A stretch of 39,949 nt of DNA from Anaerolineales bacterium. Lineage in GTDB: Bacteria; Chloroflexota; Anaerolineae; Anaerolineales; Villigracilaceae. Below, one piece after another: positions 19,432 through 27,788 of this stretch (the first letter of the stretch is position 1; the number at the start of each line of letters is the position of its first letter). The notes below the pieces were generated by a model that was not told the DNA's origin, made no database searches, and saw only the letters and a list, made by a program, of their open reading frames with translations. The stretch is taken from the NCBI GenBank assembly GCA_036741855.1, contig DAINRK010000001.1, positions 1 through 39,949 of the forward strand, given 5' to 3'. A program made the position numbers and the translations under genes.

Positions 19432-20115
19432 ATGAGTTCTTCCAATCCACCTTCCATTATCGCCATTGACGGTCCTGCCGCCTCTGGGAAATCCACGATC
19501 GGTTTACGGCTTGCCAACGAGCTTGGTTATCTTTTTTTCGATACAGGCCTCATGTATCGCGCTGTCACATGGCTCGCGCTGGACCACGATATGAGCCTGA
19601 GCGATGAAACCGCGATCACTGCGCTGGCAGAGAAAACGCACATTGATGTCGTGCCAGCCTCAAAGTCCGATGGGCGCGCCTGTGATGTCCTCGTTGCAGG
19701 GAAGGATATTACATGGCAAACCCGGCTGCCTGATGTCGAAGCGAATGTATCTGTTGTCTCCGCGTATCGCGGAGTTCGTGCAGCACTGAGTGAACAACAA
19801 AGGCGCATCGGAAAGCGCGGTCAAATTGTGATGGTCGGGCGCGATATTGGAACTGTTGTGTTGCCTGATGCAGACTTGAAAATTTATTTTGATGCAAGTG
19901 CCGAGGAACGTGCGAAGAGACGATATGATGAAATCATCGCACGTGGTGGATCAGCGGATTATTCTGATATTCTCGCCAAAGTGATCGAGCGCGACCGAAT
20001 CGATTCGACCCGCGATGTGGCTCCGTTAAGAGTAGCTTCAGACGCGGTTGTGATTAACACAGATAACCTCACTGCCGATGAAGTCTTTGAACAGGCTCTG
20101 GCGTTATGCAAATGA
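19432..20115 (+). CDS. cmk: Cytidylate kinase
   Basis: IAIDGPAASGKST, DTGLMYRA, VMVGRDIGTVVLPDA, RDRIDSTR. Confidence 0.97.
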   Translation: MSSSNPPSIIAIDGPAASGKSTIGLRLANELGYLFFDTGLMYRAVTWLALDHDMSLSDETAITALAEKTHIDVVPASKSDGRACDVLVAGKDITWQTRLPDVEANVSVVSAYRGVRAALSEQQRRIGKRGQIVMVGRDIGTVVLPDADLKIYFDASAEERAKRRYDEIIARGGSADYSDILAKVIERDRIDSTRDVAPLRVASDAVVINTDNLTADEVFEQALALCK

Positions 20116-20807
20116 ATGACACGAACGTATATCATGTGCCATTTCAATTTCGGGTCAGCAGGCCAGTTTTAAAAACGGTCTTCTGTGCAATCTTCCAAAT
20201 TTTGGCACGCGTGAAGGTCATGGGGAAGGAAAACATTCCCTATGGCAAGCCATATATTGTTGCGATAAACCATATCTCGATATTCGATCCTCCATTTGCA
20301 GGCGCGTTCTGGCCCGAACAATTGGAAATCATTGGCGCAGCAGATGTATTCGATAAACCCAGCCAGGGATGGTTGCTAAAAGGATATGGAGTGATTCCCG
20401 TCCACCGCGGCGATTATGATCGTCTTCTGCTAACAAAAATCATTCGCATTCTCAAATCTGGCTCTCCTCTTTTGATTGCGCCGGAAGGCGGTCGTTCGCA
20501 TGTTCCTGCTATGCGCCGCGCAAAACCCGGTGTAGCATACCTTATTGAGCAAACCGGTGTGCCTGTGTTGCCGACAGGCCTTATCGGAACAACCGAGGAT
20601 TTCTGGCAACGCGCCAAACGCGGTGAAAGACCATCGCTCGAAATGCGGATCGGCATACCTATTGCTCTGCCTGAGATAACAGCCAAGGGGACAGCTCGAC
20701 ATGAAGCGCGGCAGAAAAACGCGGACCTGGTCATGTCCTATCTTGCTGGTCTTTTGCCGGAAGAATATCGCGGGGCCTATGCAGAATCAGCCATCCTCCC
20801 CGCCTAA
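20112..20807 (+). CDS. Lysophospholipid acyltransferase (PlsC family)
   Basis: NHISIFD (NHx4D) and APEGGR; ATGA overlap with the cmk stop. Confidence 0.92.
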   Translation: MNDTNVYHVPFQFRVSRPVLKTVFCAIFQILARVKVMGKENIPYGKPYIVAINHISIFDPPFAGAFWPEQLEIIGAADVFDKPSQGWLLKGYGVIPVHRGDYDRLLLTKIIRILKSGSPLLIAPEGGRSHVPAMRRAKPGVAYLIEQTGVPVLPTGLIGTTEDFWQRAKRGERPSLEMRIGIPIALPEITAKGTARHEARQKNADLVMSYLAGLLPEEYRGAYAESAILPA

Positions 20808-21498
20808 ACCCATTACTGATGTGTGGCGTCCAGATTTGGTCGCATTGCCACGACTTACTCCAGCGCGCCGCACCTTTCGGGTTTTCATGCGCGTGCTGAC
20901 AAAGATTGTCACTTTTTTTACCATGCGTGCCACCATTCGTGGAACGGAAAATTTCCCAAAAAGGGGGCCGGCTTTGATTGTTATTAATCACCTCGGCGAT
21001 GCGGATGCGGTTTTAGTGGGCGCTGCCATCCCAACCACAATTGATGGAATGGGGAAGATCGAGTTGAACGACGATTGGCTTGTTGGTCCGATTTTCCGCG
21101 CCTATGGAGTTATTTGGGTGCATCGCGGCAGACCAGACCGACGCGCGCTGCGTGCCGCACTGGATGGGTTGGCCCAGGGACGCATGGTTGTGCTTGCACC
21201 TGAGGGAAGGCAATCTCTCATTGGCGGATTGGAGGATGGCAATGAAGGCGCGGCGTTCCTGGCGATGAAGTCTGGCGCACCAATCGTTCCAATTGCGATG
21301 ACAGGCACAGAAAATGAAAATATTTATGGGCATTTGAAAAAGTGGAAGCGCTCAGACGTCACACTGACAGTGGGCAAACCGTTCTTTTTGCGGGAACAGG
21401 CTGATCGTCAGGAAATGTTGCGCGAAGGCACGCGTCAGATTATGGAATCGCTGGCAAGCCTGCTTCCCGAATCCTATCGCGGAAATTACAAACAATAA
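20779..21498 (+). CDS. Lysophospholipid acyltransferase (PlsC family), second paralog
   Basis: NHLGDAD and APEGRQ. Start at ATG 20779 preferred over 20701 to limit overlap with the upstream gene. Confidence 0.9.
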   Translation: MQNQPSSPPKPITDVWRPDLVALPRLTPARRTFRVFMRVLTKIVTFFTMRATIRGTENFPKRGPALIVINHLGDADAVLVGAAIPTTIDGMGKIELNDDWLVGPIFRAYGVIWVHRGRPDRRALRAALDGLAQGRMVVLAPEGRQSLIGGLEDGNEGAAFLAMKSGAPIVPIAMTGTENENIYGHLKKWKRSDVTLTVGKPFFLREQADRQEMLREGTRQIMESLASLLPESYRGNYKQ

Positions 21499-21560
21499 TA
21501 TTAGGTAATCGCAAGAGCAAGCTACCTCACGATAATGGATTAACGCTATAATCATTGCCT

Positions 21561-24500
21561 ATGCAATTCCTGGCAACACTGTTGACACGTCTTGCCTATT
21601 TAACTCCCATTTCTATTGCCGGGTGGCTCGTATGGTTTGGGTTGGCAGGTGTGCTGGGACTAGCTCTTCAAAATTGGCGTGAATATCAACCTAAGTGGAG
21701 CGCGCGCGCGTGGGTGATATTCGCCGCCTTGATTGTCATCACACCCATTGCAACTTTATTTTTCGGTTTGGAATTTTCAACTGGGTCTGCACTGCCTGTG
21801 CCTGGCTTGCCAGATGAGCCACCCGGTTCCACCATGATGATCTTCTCCGCCATACCATGGATGTTGGCCGGCGGTTTGTTAGGCCCACTTCCCGCTGCGG
21901 GGTTAGGCATGATAAGTGGTTTGTTACGCGGGATCTGGGATACTCACAGTCTTTTTACTGCAATTGACCTGGGTTTAATGGGGACTTTATTCGCAGTCGC
22001 GAACCGACAGCGTTATCGCACATTTGTCTATCGGTTATTAAGACAGCCTCTGATAAGCGCATTGAGCCTTACGTTATTCCATGCTTTGCTTTTTGTTTTG
22101 AGCGCATTTTTTACGGTTTCCACTACCGCCTCTGTTACTGAACGATTAGACTTCGCGTTGAGCAATCTCAGTGTGGCAAGCATTGTCTTTGCTGGAGAAA
22201 TACTTATCGCGGGCCTGGTAGCCCAAGTGATCGCGATTGTCTTTCCATCGCGTTGGGGTGAGTTGGGGATGCTTAAGCCTTCGCCATCGGAAAAAAGCAT
22301 TGAGACGCGCTTTATTTTCGGTACAGGCACAATCGTCTCTATCCTTTTGCTTACACTTCTGGTCGGAGATTGGGTTATTGCTGGCACAGCCGCGCGTAGT
22401 TTATTGAGAGACCGCCTTAAGAGTTCAGCGGAACTCGCATCTCAGAATGTGCCTTTCTTTCTTGAGACCGGTCAAAATCTTGCTACACAGACTGCAAACG
22501 ACCCGCGCTTGCAGGATCCAAATGCCGATATCTCCGCGTTCCTGGGTGAGCGTCTTCAATCCATCCCATTTTTCAATCAACTCGTCGTTCTTGATATGCA
22601 GACTCGAAACATTATTGCAAGTTATCCGGCCGAACCCATATTTCAAATTACCAGGCCAGAAGAAGAGGGATTGTCCCTGATCCAACAAGGTATACCAAAC
22701 CAGATTTATACCGTTCCGCCAATTGACGAAGGAGGCGCAGCGGGTACATCCTTCCTGGCCGCTGTTCCCCAAATGGGACGGGTATTAATCGGCCGTACTT
22801 ATTTGAGTGCGAATCCTTACACTCGTTCACTTGTGAACAATCTAAACAGCCTTGCTCAGGTCAATGGCGCCGGATTATTGATAGCGGATGGCATGATTGT
22901 TTATCACTCTGAGGCGGCTCAAACATGGACTGTATACCAGGGTGAGCGCAGTGATACGCCGGCCTTCTTCGATGAAACCGCATCACTTGGGACACGGCAA
23001 CTGGTCTATTATCAACCAGTAGATGGTTATCCCTGGGCAGTTGTGCTCACTATCCCTGCACAGGCGACACAACAGCTTGCAATTAACATTGCTTTACCAA
23101 TCTCATTGATGATTGTTTTGCTTGGCATCATTGCGTTGATTTCGATGCGAGTGAATCTGCGCGCAGTAACCGGCTCATTACAGAGCCTTGCAACAGAAGC
23201 AGGACATATTGCAAGTGGAAGGTTGGATCGCTCACTCAATATAGAAGGGGTGGATGAACTTGGTGAGTTACGCCGCGCTTTCGAGCAGATGCGCGTCAGT
23301 TTGCAAGCTCGTCTTCAGGACCTCAACCGGTTACTCGTTGCCAGCCAGGGAGTTGCCTCGAGCCTCACCATTGGTGATGCATTGCGTCCTGTGCTTGAAG
23401 CAGTGATTGATAACGGTGCAAGCTCCGCACGCGTTGTGCTGGTGCGCGATATGCTTCCCACGACTGTCGAAACACCTCTCCGGTTTGCAGATGGAATCGA
23501 GCAGGATGTGTATATGCATCTTGATCAACAAATTCTTGCTCTCACCGAACAACAGGAGAGGCTGGTGATGGCGACTCTTTCCCGGACCCGCGGCTTGATG
23601 ATGGACCCCAACCTGCCTCACCCCGAATCTTTGATCGCGGTCGCGCTGCGGCATGAGAGTCGTTTTTATGGTGTCTTGTGGGCGGCCTATAACCAGCAGC
23701 GCATTTTTTCAGAAGCTGATATCCGTTTCATTAGCACGCTTGCAAGCCAGGCTGCACTGGCCGTCACGAACATCCGTTTGTTCCTAACAGTAGAGGTAAG
23801 TCGGCGTCAGCTTGAGGCCATTCTTAACTCCACGCCCGACCCGGTCCTGGTCACGGATGCGTCAAATCGTATGATATTGGCGAATCCGGCTGCAGGTCAT
23901 GTTTTTGGCGTGACCATTCGTCGGGGAGAAAAGCCCGAGGTCGAGCGGACGATCCAGGTCAAGGCCTTGAATGAACTGCTGCTCGCGTCCTCCACAGAGA
24001 AACGTTCAGCGGAGATCCGCATGCCTGATGGAAGGACCTATCTCGCCATGGCCTCCGCGATGTCGGCTGAAGGTAGGACGATCGGCCGGGTTTGCATTCT
24101 GCGTGATGTGACGCAACTCAAAGAGATAGATACGTTAAAGTCCGATTTTGTCGCAACCGTGAGTCATGACTTGCGTTCGCCTCTTACGTTGATGCGTGGG
24201 TATGCAACAATGCTTGAAATGGCTGGTACCCTGAATGAACAACAAAAGGGCTATGCCAAGATGATCGTACAAGGGGTAGATAATATGGCGAAGCTGGTCA
24301 ACAACCTGCTTGACCTTGGGCGGATTGATTTCGGTGTTGGTTTGCAGGTCGAGAGCATCCCTGTGCTTGATATCCTTGAACGTGTAACAGGCAGTTTGCA
24401 AATGTATGCAAAGCAAAAAAATATCTCATTAGGTGTTGAGATCCCAAAAGACATGCCTCATGCGATTGAAGCTGATCAGTCTTTGCTCTATCAGGCTATT

Positions 24501-24833
24501 TATAACCTTGTGGAAAATGCACTCAAATATACACCGGAAGGCGGAGAGATTATGATTCAACTTCAAACTTCCCCATCTGCCTTGATTTTTGCAGTGCAGG
24601 ATAGCGGCATCGGTATTCCGAAGAGTGACCTGCCTCGCTTGTTTGAAAAGTTCTATCGCGGTACGAATCGCGAGGCACTCGCGCAGCGCGGCACCGGGCT
24701 TGGACTTGCGATTGTCAAGTCCATTGCAGAACGTCATGGTGGCAAGGTTTGGGTTGAAAGCGACCTCGGTAAAGGAAGCACGTTTCATTTGCAAGTGCCA
24801 CTTGAACAGCCCCAAGAATCCCAACCCGTCTAA
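21561..24833 (+). CDS. Multi-domain membrane sensor histidine kinase (multi-TM sensor, extracytoplasmic Cache-like, HAMP, GAF, PAS, HisKA, HATPase)
   Basis: DELGELRRAFEQM (HAMP), ILNSTPDPVLVTD (PAS), VSHDLRSPL (H box), NLVENALKY, DSGIGI, GTGLGL. Alternative start TTG 21555. Confidence 0.93.
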   Translation: MQFLATLLTRLAYLTPISIAGWLVWFGLAGVLGLALQNWREYQPKWSARAWVIFAALIVITPIATLFFGLEFSTGSALPVPGLPDEPPGSTMMIFSAIPWMLAGGLLGPLPAAGLGMISGLLRGIWDTHSLFTAIDLGLMGTLFAVANRQRYRTFVYRLLRQPLISALSLTLFHALLFVLSAFFTVSTTASVTERLDFALSNLSVASIVFAGEILIAGLVAQVIAIVFPSRWGELGMLKPSPSEKSIETRFIFGTGTIVSILLLTLLVGDWVIAGTAARSLLRDRLKSSAELASQNVPFFLETGQNLATQTANDPRLQDPNADISAFLGERLQSIPFFNQLVVLDMQTRNIIASYPAEPIFQITRPEEEGLSLIQQGIPNQIYTVPPIDEGGAAGTSFLAAVPQMGRVLIGRTYLSANPYTRSLVNNLNSLAQVNGAGLLIADGMIVYHSEAAQTWTVYQGERSDTPAFFDETASLGTRQLVYYQPVDGYPWAVVLTIPAQATQQLAINIALPISLMIVLLGIIALISMRVNLRAVTGSLQSLATEAGHIASGRLDRSLNIEGVDELGELRRAFEQMRVSLQARLQDLNRLLVASQGVASSLTIGDALRPVLEAVIDNGASSARVVLVRDMLPTTVETPLRFADGIEQDVYMHLDQQILALTEQQERLVMATLSRTRGLMMDPNLPHPESLIAVALRHESRFYGVLWAAYNQQRIFSEADIRFISTLASQAALAVTNIRLFLTVEVSRRQLEAILNSTPDPVLVTDASNRMILANPAAGHVFGVTIRRGEKPEVERTIQVKALNELLLASSTEKRSAEIRMPDGRTYLAMASAMSAEGRTIGRVCILRDVTQLKEIDTLKSDFVATVSHDLRSPLTLMRGYATMLEMAGTLNEQQKGYAKMIVQGVDNMAKLVNNLLDLGRIDFGVGLQVESIPVLDILERVTGSLQMYAKQKNISLGVEIPKDMPHAIEADQSLLYQAIYNLVENALKYTPEGGEIMIQLQTSPSALIFAVQDSGIGIPKSDLPRLFEKFYRGTNREALAQRGTGLGLAIVKSIAERHGGKVWVESDLGKGSTFHLQVPLEQPQESQPV

Positions 24834-25140
24834 CGTATAATCCGCTTATAATACCGAATTTTCATTACGAGAGTTCTTTTATGTTGACATGCTGGATCCT
24901 GAAGACAATCAGGATATGTCGTTCATTCATCGCTCCACACTTTGTACCCGCCCAAAGAATCCATAAAGCTCTTCATATGCAAACCGTTGAATTATTGCGC
25001 GCGAATTGCTTGTCATTCCCGGTGTAAGTATCACAGAAGTTCCTTAGGAATATCCAGTCCCTATGATTTGGACTATAATCATAATTACTCGTTGCAATTT
25101 TTTGGTCGGGGTATCTTTTGGTAAGCTGTATTAAATATTT

Positions 25141-25332
25141 ATGTTAACTCCTGAAGATAATCAAACCAAAATCATTCGGAGACAAGGTGAATACAAGCTA
25201 CCGCGCTCGTTGCAAGGAAAAACCTTGGTGAAACATGCGCACGGCAGACGTTCAGCGCGAGGAATTATTACAAAGCATGGCATCGTTGTAACGGATGTTC
25301 CTTACCATGTACATAATGATGAGAAGGAGTAA
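25141..25332 (+). pseudogene. Internally deleted, frameshifted remnant of a KimA/YdaO-like APC-family transporter
   Basis: ORF ends KHGIVVTDVPYHV, resembling the YdaO/KimA C-terminal GxVVTxVPYxL. The +1 frame at 25220-25270 reads KPW*NMRTADVQREELL, resembling the preceding WW..LLHNQTA..L...LL motif. Lies directly before a trkA pair. Confidence 0.65.
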
Positions 25333-25335
25333 TTT

Positions 25336-25998
25336 ATGAATTTTATTGTATTGGGATGCGGCCGAGTCGGTGCGGAACTTTGTTATCGACTTTTCAAAAG
25401 TGGACATCAGGTAGTGGTCGTGGATAGCAACAAGCAGGCTTTCAACCGCCTGCACCCCGATTTTCGCGGCCGCACCCTGGAAGGTGAAGGGTTGGCCGAA
25501 AGTGTGCTCGAACGAGCAGGTATACGCGAAGCAGATGGGCTGGCCGCGGTCACAAATTCAGATACATTGAACGCAGTTGCAGCACATATTGCGCGTTCCT
25601 TCTACGATGTGCCAAATGTAGTTGCTCGAAATTATGACCCAAATCTACGCTCCATCATTGAGGCGTTTGATTTACCGACTGTTGGCTCCACCTATTGGGG
25701 TGCGCAACGTGTGGAAGAGTTATTGATGAATCCACTGCAGAAAGTGGTCTACTCACCTGGCAATGGCGAGGTAGAGGTCTATGAAGTGCTTATTCCAGAA
25801 GAATGGAATAACCGCACATTGGGGGAATTACTAAACCAGATCAAAGGAGTTTATCCAGTTGCTTTATCGAGAGCGGGTCGTTCATTCCTGCCCGAGGCAG
25901 ATACAATGTTGCATGAGGGTGATTTACTTAACGTAAGCTCCACATTCGAGGGCATGGGCGCGCTGACTGCACGTCTTTCCAAAAAGGCGGAGGCATAA
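25336..25998 (+). CDS. trkA: TrkA family K+ uptake regulatory (RCK) protein, CeoB-like
   Basis: VLGCGRVG Rossmann motif, AFNRL, VPNVVARNYD; C-terminal TrkA-C domain; SD AAGGAG. Confidence 0.92.
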   Translation: MNFIVLGCGRVGAELCYRLFKSGHQVVVVDSNKQAFNRLHPDFRGRTLEGEGLAESVLERAGIREADGLAAVTNSDTLNAVAAHIARSFYDVPNVVARNYDPNLRSIIEAFDLPTVGSTYWGAQRVEELLMNPLQKVVYSPGNGEVEVYEVLIPEEWNNRTLGELLNQIKGVYPVALSRAGRSFLPEADTMLHEGDLLNVSSTFEGMGALTARLSKKAEA

Positions 25999-25999
25999 T

Positions 26000-26704
26000 A
26001 TGTTCGTTTTAATTGCAGGTGGCGGACGGACTGGGGCACGTCTCGCTAATTTATTGATCAACCAGAATTACAAGGTCCGCCTCATTGAAAATCGGAGCGA
26101 GTTGCTTGGTCGTCTCCATCAGGAACTGCCTACGGAAGTGATCTATGAGGGCAATCCTGTCGACATCAGTGTTTTGAATGCTGCTGGCATCAATGATGTC
26201 CATGCTGTAGCAGCTGTGACCAGTGAAGATGCCTCCAATCTGGCCTTGTGTTTTCTTGCCAAGACCATGTTCGATGTGCCGCGCACAATTGCCCGTGTGA
26301 ACAACCCGAATAATGCCTGGCTCTTCAACGATAAATTCCATGTAGATGTGGCTCTTAACGCAGCGGATGTGTTTGCTCATCTGATAGAAGAAGAGATGTC
26401 TCTTGGCGATATGATAACCCTGTTCAAGATCCGTCGTGGACGATACTCGGTTGTAGAAGAAAAGGTGCCTGCCGGCGCGAAAGTAATTGGCATTCAACTT
26501 AAGGATCTGAATCTGGCTGAACATTGCGTGATCGCCGCAATTATCCGAGATGGAGTCATGACCCTGCCACGCGGGGATAGCACCTTACAGGAAAACGATG
26601 AGATTATCGCAGTTGCAAGCCCGGAAGGGGCGAAAAAGCTGGCTGAATTACTGGCTGATCCCGTATACCCCGTCCGAAATGGAAAAAAGAAATTAGGGCA
26701 GTAG
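26000..26704 (+). CDS. trkA: TrkA family K+ uptake regulatory (RCK) protein, CeoC-like
   Basis: IAGGGRTG, VPRTIARVNNPNNAWLF; TrkA-C IAAIIRDG..PRGD. Confidence 0.92.
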   Translation: MFVLIAGGGRTGARLANLLINQNYKVRLIENRSELLGRLHQELPTEVIYEGNPVDISVLNAAGINDVHAVAAVTSEDASNLALCFLAKTMFDVPRTIARVNNPNNAWLFNDKFHVDVALNAADVFAHLIEEEMSLGDMITLFKIRRGRYSVVEEKVPAGAKVIGIQLKDLNLAEHCVIAAIIRDGVMTLPRGDSTLQENDEIIAVASPEGAKKLAELLADPVYPVRNGKKKLGQ

Positions 26705-26758
26705 AGCTCATTAGATGGGAACAGAGCAAGCTGGCACTGAATTTGGTGCAATTCTAAA

Positions 26759-26788
26759 TTGACCGAATCGAAACCCCTACGGTATAAT
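26759..26788 (+). promoter_or_regulatory. Sigma70-type promoter of the rpmH operon
   Basis: TTGACC(26759-26764), 18-nt spacer, TATAAT(26783-26788). Confidence 0.75.
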
Positions 26789-26929
26789 ATTGTGCCAGTC
26801 TGTACAAATTGACTGCCATTACATAACTGCGCAAATAGCTAAACGAAAGCTTCATTGCAACCTGGCAATGGACTAGATTATGTTTAGGGATTAATACAGA
26901 AGCAGTATTTTTAAAGCGAGGAATGAGGA

Positions 26930-27100
26930 ATGACGAAACGTACGTATCAACCGAAGATTCGCCGCCGCGTGCGCGTGCATGGTTTTCGTAAGCGCATGGC
27001 TACGGCTGATGGGCGTGCAGTTCTCAAGCGCCGCCGTTTGCGCGGACGCCATAAACTGACGGTAACTGCCAACAAACACGTTAAGAAGGTCCGCTGGTAA
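26930..27100 (+). CDS. rpmH: 50S ribosomal protein L34 (56 aa)
   Basis: Manual translation [56 protein letters not shown]; precedes rnpA; below the ORF-track length cutoff. Confidence 0.98.
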   Translation: MTKRTYQPKIRRRVRVHGFRKRMATADGRAVLKRRRLRGRHKLTVTANKHVKKVRW

Positions 27101-27135
27101 GCGGAAACTCAATCCGAGCGCGTTCGAGATAACGG

Positions 27136-27492
27136 GTGCAGAGAAAGTTTCGCCTGACCCGGTCCGAAGACTTCAAGCGGGTGCGGCGTTCTGGTAAATC
27201 CTATGCCCACCCGCTTGTTGTGTTGATTGTCCAGACTCATGACCAGCCGCCCGCGCGTATGCGAGTTGGAGTCGCGGCAGGGCGAACAGTGGGAACAGCC
27301 GTTTATCGGAACCGAGCCAAACGACTTCTGCGCGAAGCGATGCGGACTCTTATCCCAGACATCGCATCCGGCCTGGACTTGATCTTGATCGCCCGCCCCG
27401 GACTTGTATCCGCCACTTTAGAGGATACACACCGCGCTCTGCTCAACCTCCTGCAACGTGCACAGATTTTTATCCCCAGGCATGAATCCTGA
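27136..27492 (+). CDS. rnpA: Ribonuclease P protein component
   Basis: RLTRSEDF and [16 protein letters not shown] (RNR motif); synteny. Confidence 0.96.
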   Translation: MQRKFRLTRSEDFKRVRRSGKSYAHPLVVLIVQTHDQPPARMRVGVAAGRTVGTAVYRNRAKRLLREAMRTLIPDIASGLDLILIARPGLVSATLEDTHRALLNLLQRAQIFIPRHES

Positions 27493-27772
27493 ATTTCACC
27501 TGCACGATTATTCGAATGAACCACGTTTGCGCGATATGCCGCGGTCGATCCTCAACTGGCCGCGTATTGCCGTGCTTTCGCTCATTCGTCTCTATCAAAT
27601 GACTATTTCACGCGGCCTTCCTGAAAACACCTGCCGCTTTTATCCATCCTGTTCGCATTATGGATACCAGGCGGTTTACAAATATGGCGCGCTGAAAGGC
27701 TCTTTGATGGCCAGCTGGCGCGTGCTGAGATGTAACCCTCTTAACCCTGGTGGTTATGACCCTGTTCCATAG
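27482..27772 (+). CDS. yidD: Membrane protein insertion efficiency factor
   Basis: [33 protein letters not shown]; start chosen at ATG 27482. Confidence 0.95.
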   Translation: MNPEFHLHDYSNEPRLRDMPRSILNWPRIAVLSLIRLYQMTISRGLPENTCRFYPSCSHYGYQAVYKYGALKGSLMASWRVLRCNPLNPGGYDPVP

Positions 27773-27788
27773 GAGCATCAATTTTTCA

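Noticed and set aside
20701..20778. Extended N-termini in the ORF track (20701, 27458, 27750, 20106)
   Set aside because: Downstream ATGs give smaller overlaps, coupling to the upstream stop or a proper signal peptide.
24942..25124. 60-aa ORF in the intergenic region
   Set aside because: TTG start, no SD, no recognisable motif; overlaps probable promoter elements.
24834..25140. c-di-AMP (ydaO) riboswitch or oriC in the long AT-rich intergenic region
   Set aside because: No recognisable ydaO consensus blocks and no DnaA-box cluster by eye; an Infernal/Rfam scan would be decisive.
26891..27112. 73-aa minus-strand ORF
   Set aside because: Antisense shadow of rpmH.
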